This document shows positions 1 to 9,112 of a DNA stretch of 33,428 nucleotides, piece after piece. The DNA is from Acidimicrobiales bacterium (GTDB lineage: Bacteria; Actinomycetota; Acidimicrobiia; Acidimicrobiales; JABEUL01), in contig JABEUL010000089.1 in the NCBI GenBank assembly GCA_013044465.1, forward strand, positions 1 to 33,428, read 5' to 3'. The number at the start of each line of letters is the position of its first letter. The first letter of the stretch is position 1. The notes under the pieces are model-generated. The model searched no databases, was not told where the DNA came from, and saw nothing but the letters and a program-made list of their open reading frames with translations. The position numbers were made by a program, and so were the translations under genes.

Positions 1-762
1 CATTTGACGATTAACCGTCCAGAAAGGCGAAATGCTCTTTCACCTCAGGTCTTACTTGATCTCAGGAAGTACTTCCAAATGGCCAAAAGCGATCCCGAAG
101 TGAGATGTGTGGTCCTAAAAGGAACGGGTGACAAAGCATTTTGTGCAGGTGCTGACCTTGGAGGGAATCACTCAATAATGGACGCACCCTCAGCTCAAAG
201 CCCAAGCTTGGTTGAGCAGCATTACTTAAGAGGCGAGCTTGCAGATCTTTTTCTCGACATGTGGCACTTAGGAAAGCCAGTGATAGCCAGAGTGCAAGGG
301 TATGGCATGGCTGGGGGCTTTGGACTTGCTATGGCATGTGACATCGTGATTGCAAGTCAGAGCGCGATATTTGGGGCCACTGAGGTCGCAGTGGGACTCT
401 GGCCGTTTATGATCTCAGTCCCCTTGACTAGGTCAATGCCACCTAAAATTGCCCTGGAGCTTATGATGACAGGGCGAAGAGTCAAAGCTGACGAGGCTAA
501 ATCTATAGGTTTTGTAAATAGAGTGGTTGAAGATTCCCAGCTTGATTCCGTGGTTGAAGAGGTAGTAGAGGAGTTGAAAAAGGCGTCTCCAGTAGCTATG
601 AAACTTGGCCGTGACTCGCTTTACGCTACCTGGGGGATGGAGCCTCACCAGGCATTAGAGATCCTTAGAGGGGCCCTGTCGTTGACTACGCTGACCGAAG
701 ATGCCAGGGAGGGTATTACCGCATTTCTTGAAAAAAGACCTCCAAATTGGAGTGGAAGGTAG
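1..762 (+). CDS. Enoyl-CoA hydratase/isomerase (crotonase family), 5'-truncated by window edge
   Basis: Frame is open from base 1. Crotonase motifs INRPERRNA, AFCAGADL and GYGMAGGFGLAMACD; C-terminal EGITAFLEKRPP. Confidence 0.93.
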   Translation, partial: HLTINRPERRNALSPQVLLDLRKYFQMAKSDPEVRCVVLKGTGDKAFCAGADLGGNHSIMDAPSAQSPSLVEQHYLRGELADLFLDMWHLGKPVIARVQGYGMAGGFGLAMACDIVIASQSAIFGATEVAVGLWPFMISVPLTRSMPPKIALELMMTGRRVKADEAKSIGFVNRVVEDSQLDSVVEEVVEELKKASPVAMKLGRDSLYATWGMEPHQALEILRGALSLTTLTEDAREGITAFLEKRPPNWSGR

Positions 763-804
763 CTATTTTTCGGGATTTTGGCCGAAATTTATTTACCTTT
801 TTAA

Positions 805-1797
<993 letters not shown>

Positions 1798-1919
1798 AAT
1801 AGTTGTTTAACCTTGGCTGAGAATGCAACTCTCAACTTTAGGTATTTTAAATTTGGGCTGATCATATTGCTGAGAGCCTTATGCTTAGCTGATCTTCAAT
1901 TAAATTATTGAGGAGAGTA

Positions 1920-2246
1920 ATGACTGCCAAAAGATTTGAACTTCCAAAAATTGTTCGGTTGACTAAGTGTGAAATCAGAAAAATTGCGAAGTATCTTGAC
2001 ATTGAAGTAAAAGCTCAACTACCTAACGAGCTAATTATTCCAATTGATGGGCTGCTAGATTTTATTTTTGTAGCAAAATCTTCCCAATTCACAGCCGGAG
2101 ATAGCCAAGCAGGGATTGAAGAGTTCATAGTAAATATTGTGTCCAATAGGCGAAATACCTGCAATTTTGCTGTTTTACGGGGCATTTCACACCCGGCTGG
2201 ACCGAGTAGACACTATTGCCAAAAAGTTGCTAAGGTATTCCCATGA
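1920..2246 (+). CDS. Possible hypothetical protein (108 aa)
   Basis: GAGGAG precedes the ATG at 1920, and the stop overlaps the next small ORF start (ATGA). No recognisable family. Confidence 0.3.
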   Translation: MTAKRFELPKIVRLTKCEIRKIAKYLDIEVKAQLPNELIIPIDGLLDFIFVAKSSQFTAGDSQAGIEEFIVNIVSNRRNTCNFAVLRGISHPAGPSRHYCQKVAKVFP

Positions 2247-2317
2247 AGAAGATTTTGGTACTTATAGTTCTCGTGGCCCTTGGTGTAGTTGTAGCCAAGA
2301 AGCTCCGAGAAGGCTGA
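2243..2317 (+). CDS. 24-aa single-TM membrane peptide MKKILVLIVLVALGVVVAKKLREG
   Basis: Hand-translated, below the ORF-track cutoff. Basic-hydrophobic-basic layout. Extended -10 TGcTAAGGT lies 6 nt before the ATG and an inverted repeat overlaps the stop. Confidence 0.65.
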   Translation: MKKILVLIVLVALGVVVAKKLREG

Positions 2318-2338
2318 TATTTAAGCTTTAAATATCAG
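2314..2338. terminator. Inverted repeat between convergent genes; candidate bidirectional terminator
   Basis: CTGATATTTAA-GCT-TTAAATATCAG, perfect 11-bp arms. AT-rich, with no strong U-tract. Confidence 0.5.
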
Positions 2339-2362
2339 AACAAAAATTAGATCAAGCCAGCT

Positions 2363-3175
2363 TTAGCTGGCTTTTTCAACTACTATTCGGCGATGTCGGC
2401 CGACCCACCATCCAATGGCTAGAGCGCCACTTGCCGTAACGGCAGTTACTCCAGTGATTGCTGCAGTGCGGCGTTTTGTTAACATGCCTCGCCTTTCAGC
2501 AAGGTGAACCGTAGCATCAAAGTGGCGAATTTCCCATCCCTTTTCTTTGGCAAGTTTGGCCAGTGCACGATCTGGGTTAATGGCTACGGGATGGCCAACC
2601 ACGCTTAACATTGGCTCGTCAGTAATTGAGTCCGAATATGCCCAGCACTCATCTAGATCTAGGTCTTCTTTTTTTGCGATGTCGATAATTGCCTCAGCTT
2701 TATATGGACCGTATACGTACTGCTCCATCTCACCTGTGTAAAGACCATCAGCATCTACAGCCGCTCTAGAGGCAATTACGCCATCTACGCCCACATATCT
2801 CCCTAGCGGCCTTACAATCTCTTCAGGAGAGGCAGATATAAGCCATACTCTCCGTCCGGCAGCCTGGTGGGCATCGATCTCGTCGAGGGCTTCACGGTAG
2901 AGGATTGGATCAACTGTTCTGGCAAGGGCTTCTTCGACAATTTGGCGCACTTTTACTTGCTCCCAGCCTCGGGTGAGTTCCAGCACTGACTTTCTAATTC
3001 GCTCGAGTTTTTGCTCACTTGCACCTAAGTGCTTGTAGACAAGCTGAGAGTAAAGAGCTCTCATCACGGTTGTTTTGGATATTAACCCGCCCTTATAAAA
3101 AGGCGCACCAAAGGCCGCCATTGAAGCACGTGCAATGACGGTCTTGTCAAGGTCGAAAAAAGCCGCTTGCCCCAT
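2363..3175 (-). CDS. HAD-IB family hydrolase (SerB-like; Rv3661/CicA-type) with C-terminal membrane anchor
   Basis: AAFFDLDKT motif I, LISAS motif II, K in GPYKAEA, AYSDSITDEPML motif IV; hydrophobic C-terminal tail. Confidence 0.92.
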   Translation of the reverse strand: MGQAAFFDLDKTVIARASMAAFGAPFYKGGLISKTTVMRALYSQLVYKHLGASEQKLERIRKSVLELTRGWEQVKVRQIVEEALARTVDPILYREALDEIDAHQAAGRRVWLISASPEEIVRPLGRYVGVDGVIASRAAVDADGLYTGEMEQYVYGPYKAEAIIDIAKKEDLDLDECWAYSDSITDEPMLSVVGHPVAINPDRALAKLAKEKGWEIRHFDATVHLAERRGMLTKRRTAAITGVTAVTASGALAIGWWVGRHRRIVVEKAS

Positions 3176-3181
3176 ACCTAT

Positions 3182-3187
3182 ATTCTA
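3182..3187 (-). promoter_or_regulatory. Putative -10 (TAGAAT) for a leaderless HAD transcript
   Basis: TAGAAT-N6-ATG on the minus strand. Confidence 0.45.
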
Positions 3188-3445
3188 GAGCTATTTGCTA
3201 GCAAAAGATAGCAATACTTGAATTGAATTAGCAATGTGATAATTTCCGTGAATTTGCCCTCAAGCAAAAGGATTCGTGGCTCTTCCAGGAAAAGGCTCTT
3301 TGGAAACCGTACTAAATACTATTTAACCAGCCCAAACTACGCGTAAATGATTAAGAATTAGTGGCCCCTATATTAGATCAGGGGCTTAATTTTGAGAAAT
3401 TCAAAACATCAATTTGTCTCATCCAGCTGTTACGATGTGAACAAG

Positions 3446-3997
3446 GTGACCGTGTTCCAAGATTGCGAGTATGAGTTTGTGGCTTTGGATTTTGAAACCG
3501 CTACAAGTGAAAGATCTAGCGCCTGCGCCCTTGGAGTGGTTTTTGCCGATTCGCTAGGTCGAGAAGTAGGGAGCGACTACTGGTTGATTAGACCCCCAGG
3601 AAACTATTACTTAGACATAAATATCGGCATTCATGGAATCTATCCAGAGCAGACCCAGGAGTCTCCAAATTTTGGAGACCTTTGGAGTGAGATCTCGGAT
3701 CTCTTTGTGGGGAAAACCCTAATTGCACACAATGCACCATTTGATAAAGGTGTCCTTAATTCGACCCTAATGCACTATGGACATGAGCCAGTAGATAATA
3801 CATTTATCTGCTCACTAGCTCTAGCCAGGCGCTATCTCAGAGATCTCTCACGATACAAGCTCTCTTGCATAGCTAACTATTTTGAATACGACTTCATACA
3901 CCACAATGCTCTTGAAGATGCCAGGGCATGTCTATTTGTGGCGAACAAATCAGTAGAGTATTCGCCATTTGATTCAATTCACTCAGCCTGGAAGTAG
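3446..3997 (+). CDS. DEDDh 3'-5' exonuclease (DnaQ/epsilon-like); start uncertain (3392, 3446 or 3452)
   Basis: ExoI VALDFETA, ExoII IAHNAPFD, ExoIII HHNALEDA. Confidence 0.9.
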   Translation: MTVFQDCEYEFVALDFETATSERSSACALGVVFADSLGREVGSDYWLIRPPGNYYLDINIGIHGIYPEQTQESPNFGDLWSEISDLFVGKTLIAHNAPFDKGVLNSTLMHYGHEPVDNTFICSLALARRYLRDLSRYKLSCIANYFEYDFIHHNALEDARACLFVANKSVEYSPFDSIHSAWK

Positions 3998-4170
3998 TGG
4001 AGCTTCTCTTCTCGAGAACGAAACGGAAGGTTAACTTCTACTTATTTCCTGTAACACTATTCCTTTATTTTGACTCTGCCTATGCACATTTGGGTGCAGA
4101 TTCAAGCTGCCGTTTCATCAGAGAAAGACAGTTAATAATTATTGGTAGTTAAAGAGATGAAAACGAGTTT

Positions 4171-4545
4171 CTAGCGGATCTTAAATCCAAGTGCAGCTGC
4201 AGCTTCTTTGTCTATTAGCGCTGGGCTCCAGGGAGGGTCCCACACGACATTTACTTCGACTGCCACCGCTTTGCCCAATCGTTCGGAAATTGCCATCCGG
4301 GCTGCTTCAGATAGGCTTTCTGAAGCTGGGCACCCCTCAGTGGTCAAAGTCATATCCACTGATATGTCTCCGTTATTTTCACGAATGTCATAGATGAGAC
4401 CGAGGGATACCACGTCTAAGTAAAGCTCAGGGTCATAAACGCATCGAAGTGCATCCCAGGCTGCCTCGACTGCATTATCTACCGGTGTCACAGTCCTAAT
4501 TGGACCGATTGCTACGGGTGTTGTGCTTTTGGTATCTTCTGTCAT
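4171..4545 (-). CDS. DUF59 / SufT-PaaD-like metal-sulfur cluster assembly factor
   Basis: YDPEL..DVVSLGLIY, MTLTTEGCP and VWDPPWSP match the DPE..T..C DUF59 signature. Confidence 0.92.
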   Translation of the reverse strand: MTEDTKSTTPVAIGPIRTVTPVDNAVEAAWDALRCVYDPELYLDVVSLGLIYDIRENNGDISVDMTLTTEGCPASESLSEAARMAISERLGKAVAVEVNVVWDPPWSPALIDKEAAAALGFKIR

Positions 4546-4763
4546 AGTTGCCTTTTAAATGTGACTCGCCAGTCGCCTGCACCGATTTCTTCTGCTTCGT
4601 ATGAAAAACCTTGAGCGCCTAAAACGCCTTCCAGTGGAACGGGTTCAAATGGTGCCAGGATTACAAGATCCTCCAGTACATCAAGTGCAGCCACAGTGGA
4701 CATAATGAGGTCAAAGGGTTCCTCACCTCTAGCAATGATAGGACGTGCATCAACAGTTGCCAT
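4542..4763 (-). CDS. DUF2249 domain protein (73 aa)
   Basis: VDARP..GEEPFDLIM, ILAPFEPVPL..L..GF and WRVTF pattern. AAGGAGG RBS before the ATG at 4763; ATGA overlap with the DUF59 gene. Confidence 0.85.
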   Translation of the reverse strand: MATVDARPIIARGEEPFDLIMSTVAALDVLEDLVILAPFEPVPLEGVLGAQGFSYEAEEIGAGDWRVTFKRQL

Positions 4764-4780
4764 AGTCGGCCTCCTTATTT

Positions 4781-4796
4781 GGTCACACAATTGACC
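4781..4796. promoter_or_regulatory. Inverted repeat GGTCA-N6-TGACC, candidate operator
   Basis: Immediately upstream of the DUF2249 RBS in a divergent intergenic region. Confidence 0.35.
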
Positions 4797-5109
4797 TAAT
4801 AAAATTATAACCGATCAATTAAATGAGCAGTCTTAGTGCCAATTAAACTACTTAGGGCTCGGACTGCCACGACATATCAGCATAAATGCACACTACTAGT
4901 TGATCCTCATTATTTACCCTGGATCTGGCTTCGTCGCATCAGATTTGAATTGGGTGTCTTGATTTCTTCTAGGCTTGAGAGATCAGAAAATATGTGAGCA
5001 AAGTATCTAAAAGAGCCGTGAAGCTTTGGAAAGAGCGAGTGTGGGATGTGATTCCGATCGATAAGTGCCGAAATAGGTACCAGAAAAGTCCTCTGCATTT
5101 GGGGTCATT

Positions 5110-6492
5110 TTGACTACAATCCCTATAACATCTCCTGGGGCAGCTCCAGGAAAAAGTCTCGGAGGTTGGGATGGACGCCCACCTGGCTTACCCAGTGCCA
5201 TCCCTCCACCGTCAGTCCCTCTTAGTTTCCTTCTCGCATCGGCATTTGGTTTAGTTGCTTGTGGAGCTTTTCTTATTTGGAGTCGTAGCATCGCCATGGT
5301 TGATCCAACCAATGACCATGTAGTGGCAACTGCTCATTTAGCAATGTTGGCAACTCTATCTATGGGTGTCCTAGGAGCGCTCCATCAGTTCACTCCTGTA
5401 ATTACCCAACGTCCATTGCGCTCCATAAAGCTCTCTCGGGCAACTTTTTTGAGCTGGCTTTTAGGGTCATGGTTACTCCCAATAGGCTTTGCCACTACAC
5501 ATGAATTTGTAGTTGAAGCAGGAGGGTTCTTTGCTGGTCTAGCTGTGATTTTATTGGTGGTAAATATTATTCCTGCTCTAAGTGCAAAGGGGAAAGGGGC
5601 TCCAGTGACCGGGCTCCGACTAGCCGTTATTGGTTTTGTGATAACTGCGTGTTATGGGATTGTTTACGTTGTAGATAGACGGGGCAACTGGTTTGACTTA
5701 AATGGACGGGTAGTACTGGCCCACGCAATAATTGGAATGTTCGGATGGCTTGGGCTCAGTTATGTAAGTGTCGCTGAAAAACTCTGGCCAATGTTTTTAC
5801 TAGCACATGTTCCTGGTCGCAGAAGGTCTTCGTGGGTTTCAGTTTGGGCAATTGCAGGCGGAGTGGTATTAATTTCACCTGCACTGCTATTTAACTTAGT
5901 GTGGCTCATATGGATCGGCGTAGTAGTGCTAATAATCGGACTCGGTGCACATCTCTACTCCCTTTTAATGCACGTTATGCATCGTCGCCGAAAGGCAGAC
6001 TTGCACCTGCTATTTGTGGTGACCTCGGCGTTCTCACTTATTGCAGCCATTGGACTCGCACTTGGTGCAACACTAACAATGAGCCATCATCACCATCTAG
6101 GCGTTGCCCTCACTTCTTCCATGGTTGGAGCTATCGGTGGTTGGCTATTGATAGCTTATGTCGGTCACTTGCATAAGGTCGTGCCCTTTATTCTATGGTC
6201 AGTCCTGCGGGGAAAAGGAATCAAAGAAAAGCCTGATAAAACCCAACTCATGTTTGCTGACCTTTACAATCATCAGTTTGCTTTCCTTGACTATGCGCTA
6301 GTCACGACCGGCATTTGCGCAGTATGCGTGGGCCTGGCAGGGTCATTTTCGATCTTGATTTTGATTGGTGGAATACTGTTAATTGCAACTGGATTAACAG
6401 TACCAGTGAATTTATCAGTGCCGACTCTTCGTTTCCTATCACAGTCCAAAACTACTAGCACTCCTACAAATGGTGATCCAAAAATTCAGTAA
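5110..6492 (+). CDS. ~12-TM membrane protein of the DUF2249-associated type (distantly heme-copper-oxidase subunit I / NnrS-like)
   Basis: About 12 hydrophobic segments with three pseudo-repeated helices (AHLAMLATLSMGVLGALHQFTP; AHAIIGMFGWLGLSYVSVAEKLWP; GWLLIAYVGHLHKVVP). TTG start uncertain. Confidence 0.75.
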   Translation: MTTIPITSPGAAPGKSLGGWDGRPPGLPSAIPPPSVPLSFLLASAFGLVACGAFLIWSRSIAMVDPTNDHVVATAHLAMLATLSMGVLGALHQFTPVITQRPLRSIKLSRATFLSWLLGSWLLPIGFATTHEFVVEAGGFFAGLAVILLVVNIIPALSAKGKGAPVTGLRLAVIGFVITACYGIVYVVDRRGNWFDLNGRVVLAHAIIGMFGWLGLSYVSVAEKLWPMFLLAHVPGRRRSSWVSVWAIAGGVVLISPALLFNLVWLIWIGVVVLIIGLGAHLYSLLMHVMHRRRKADLHLLFVVTSAFSLIAAIGLALGATLTMSHHHHLGVALTSSMVGAIGGWLLIAYVGHLHKVVPFILWSVLRGKGIKEKPDKTQLMFADLYNHQFAFLDYALVTTGICAVCVGLAGSFSILILIGGILLIATGLTVPVNLSVPTLRFLSQSKTTSTPTNGDPKIQ

Positions 6493-6561
6493 CCGAAAAC
6501 GAATTCCAAACTAAGTTTCCCTTGAGACAAAAGGAACTAACTAGACTTTAGCAATTGGTTC

Positions 6562-7128
6562 TTGGACCCAAGACTTACTAGAATTTTGACCATGCGCCAC
6601 CGAGCCTTATTTGGAGCTTTATTAGCCTTTATATTCGTCGTCGCTCTAGTTATCTTGTACTTTAATTGGGGTGTTGTCACAGGACCCCATGGGGGCGATC
6701 CCCATTTTGCTATAGCTAATGAGCTAGCACAGGTAGATAAGGCACTTCCTCCGAACTCAACTGGCCTACATTCCAATTGGGTACCTACTCAATGGGACCA
6801 AGCGTGTTCTTCAAGCGATAGGCCAGGATGGTCAATGGAATTGAATTGGCTTTTATTCAACACAATGTCATCTGATACTGCGATTGTGAATTTTGTTTCA
6901 AAAAAACTTCTAACTATGGGATGGAAGCCAACGAATTCATATTTCGACGGAATGTGGCAGTATCCGCCGGCTGCGAAGTGGACTAAAATCATCCCAGGTG
7001 CTGCAAAGGTCGTGGCATTTGTCATGAAAGAACCAGAGACAACACTGCCTCCTGGCCAGTCGACATGGGAGCTAGCCGCTGAGGCCTTTCCTGAACCTGT
7101 AGTTAATGCTCCGAGTTGCCATCCTTAA
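6562..7128 (+). CDS. Hypothetical exported/membrane-anchored protein (start could be ATG 6592)
   Basis: N-terminal basic plus hydrophobic segment; Trp-rich soluble domain with two Cys. Confidence 0.7.
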   Translation: MDPRLTRILTMRHRALFGALLAFIFVVALVILYFNWGVVTGPHGGDPHFAIANELAQVDKALPPNSTGLHSNWVPTQWDQACSSSDRPGWSMELNWLLFNTMSSDTAIVNFVSKKLLTMGWKPTNSYFDGMWQYPPAAKWTKIIPGAAKVVAFVMKEPETTLPPGQSTWELAAEAFPEPVVNAPSCHP

Positions 7129-7321
7129 TGTTTGAATGAGATCTCTGGAATATTAGGCTTATTGAAGTGAACCCAACTGCCAAGCCTTAAAAGATATTCT
7201 TTTTATCACTCCGCCAGTTAGGGCCAGGGTTGGTGAACTAAATGACTACTGCTTCATGCAGTCGATAAATGTAAGTTAATTTCCAGTCTGAATTGTGTTT
7301 CTGGCATATAAAATGATTTCT

Positions 7322-7564
7322 ATGTCCGAGGCAATATATGACTTGTGGTTTGATCCCAATATGGTTGATGGTGATCTAGTGGTTGAATGCTGGATTTCAC
7401 ATGGTCCCCGAAGTAGTGATAATAACTTTAATCCTCTAACTGGTGACTCGCTTTTGGCCGGAGATGGAGAAGTTGATCCGATCAGTGCTCTTGTCTTGCG
7501 GCGAGAGGGAAATAGAGTGTGGATACAACTTCGACTTCAATCTCGTGCACCATTAAAAGTATGA
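7322..7564 (+). CDS. Small acidic hypothetical protein (80 aa)
   Basis: Fills the intergenic gap; TAAAAT lies 7 nt before the ATG at 7322; protein-like composition. Confidence 0.6.
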   Translation: MSEAIYDLWFDPNMVDGDLVVECWISHGPRSSDNNFNPLTGDSLLAGDGEVDPISALVLRREGNRVWIQLRLQSRAPLKV

Positions 7565-7610
7565 GTGGAAGCTATTTTTATTTGTTGAGAACTTGTTTGG
7601 GCTTTTTGAT

Positions 7611-8273
7611 CTAAGCCCCAATTAAAATTGCATGCACTTGAGGCTCAGCATCGGCGGTTACTAGGACTAAAACTTCATCCGAAGGACCAAGTATCGTGTC
7701 ACCCCGAGGAACCACTACGTGTCGATCCCTTACGACGGCTACAACTGTGGCATCTCTTGGAAGCCCCAAGTCTGCAATCACAGATCCTGACGCTGGCGAG
7801 TCTTCTGCCAGAGTGACTTCAACTAATCGGGCATCCCCTCCACCAAACTGTAAAAGTCGCACTAACGATCCGACACTAACAGCCTCTTCGACGAGGGCCG
7901 ACAGAAGGTGAGGAGTAGATACAGACACATCAACACCCCAAGACTCATTAAAGAGCCACATATTCTCTGGGTGGTTAACTCTTGCTACCACCCTTGGGAC
8001 GGCAAACTCTTGCTTTGCTAAGAGACTAATTACTAGATTGTCTTCGTCATCACCGGTGGCGGCCACTACAACATCTACCGTGTCAAAACCTGCTTTTTGA
8101 AGAGCGCTAACCTCGCAGGCGTCAGCTCCAATCCACTGAATATTTGGGGAGGGCTTTAGTTTGGAAACTAATTCTATATCCTTTTCGAGCACCAATACTG
8201 TGTGATGAGCAGCAGCTAAGTCATGGGCAATAAATGTGCCCACATTGCCTGCCCCACATATAGCTACCTTCAC
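7611..8273 (-). CDS. trkA: TrkA-family K+ transport regulatory subunit (CeoC-like; RCK_N + RCK_C)
   Basis: GAGNVG Rossmann motif, VAATGDDEDNL, ARVNHP; TrkA_C region VVAVVR..VVPRGDT. Confidence 0.93.
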   Translation of the reverse strand: MKVAICGAGNVGTFIAHDLAAAHHTVLVLEKDIELVSKLKPSPNIQWIGADACEVSALQKAGFDTVDVVVAATGDDEDNLVISLLAKQEFAVPRVVARVNHPENMWLFNESWGVDVSVSTPHLLSALVEEAVSVGSLVRLLQFGGGDARLVEVTLAEDSPASGSVIADLGLPRDATVVAVVRDRHVVVPRGDTILGPSDEVLVLVTADAEPQVHAILIGA

Positions 8274-8315
8274 TTTGAAGCGACCTTTCTACTGCAATTA
8301 TGTTTAAACTGCCTT

Positions 8316-8990
8316 CTACTTTTCAACTTTATTACCGCTTTTCATATCACCGAGTAATTCATGGAACTCACTGAGTGCCGATCGAATCACTGCAAAATAC
8401 AGAAGGTCGCCTTCTTGGCCAACAGCTTCAGCTGATGGGATCATTGGCTCGCCGGCCCTGGAGACTCCCACTAGGCGTACTTTACCTGGAATTTCTAAAG
8501 CTGAGAACTTTTTCCCTCCACAACTGGCTGGAAGCAAGTGCTCAAGTAGTTGCAAATTGCCGGTGTTGTCGTTCCATTCAGTTGCAGTCGTTTCAGGGAA
8601 GAGTCTTCTGTGGACTTGCTCAGTTGTCCAGGCAACAGTGGCCACTGTCGGAATGCCCAATCTCTGATATATCTCAGCTCTCCTGGGATCGTATATTCGA
8701 GCTACGACATTTGGAATATTGAAGTTCTCTCTTGCAATTCTGGCCGTGAGGATATTGGAATTATCACCACTTGTCACAGCAGCCAACGCCGCAGCCCTCT
8801 CGGCACCAGCCTCAATCAAGTCGTCTCTATCAAATCCAAATCCCACAATCTTTGTCCCAGTCCATTCAGGAGGAAGCCTTCTAAATGAGTGAGGTGATTT
8901 ATCAACAATCGATACTGTGTGACCGCTATCAACAAGACTTGTTGCTAGGCCACTTCCTACTCTTCCACAACCAACTACGATAATGTGCAC
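8316..8990 (-). CDS. trkA: TrkA-family K+ transport regulatory subunit (CeoB-like); start 8990 or 9005
   Basis: HIIVVGCGRVG, AAVTSGDNSNI, ARIYDPRRAEIYQRLGIPTVAT. Confidence 0.93.
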   Translation of the reverse strand: MHIIVVGCGRVGSGLATSLVDSGHTVSIVDKSPHSFRRLPPEWTGTKIVGFGFDRDDLIEAGAERAAALAAVTSGDNSNILTARIARENFNIPNVVARIYDPRRAEIYQRLGIPTVATVAWTTEQVHRRLFPETTATEWNDNTGNLQLLEHLLPASCGGKKFSALEIPGKVRLVGVSRAGEPMIPSAEAVGQEGDLLYFAVIRSALSEFHELLGDMKSGNKVEK

Positions 8991-9112
8991 CCTAATATGC
9001 AACACTTAATTTGCCACAAAAGCAAACCAATCGCCATAAGCAGGGCTTTTAGGAACGAATTTGCAAGGGATCAACTAAAGGCTTGTTCTTTGTTGGCTAG
9101 GCTAGGTAACTA

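Noticed and set aside
2160-2230. Purine-riboswitch-like words (TCTAC...CCGTAAA) on the minus strand
   Set aside because: The spacing and the P1-P3 stems do not fit the purine aptamer, and no suitable downstream gene exists.
5110-6492. Calling the 12-TM protein a true cytochrome oxidase or NO reductase subunit
   Set aside because: It lacks the HPxVY and properly placed HH/HxH ligand motifs, and no partner subunits are encoded nearby.
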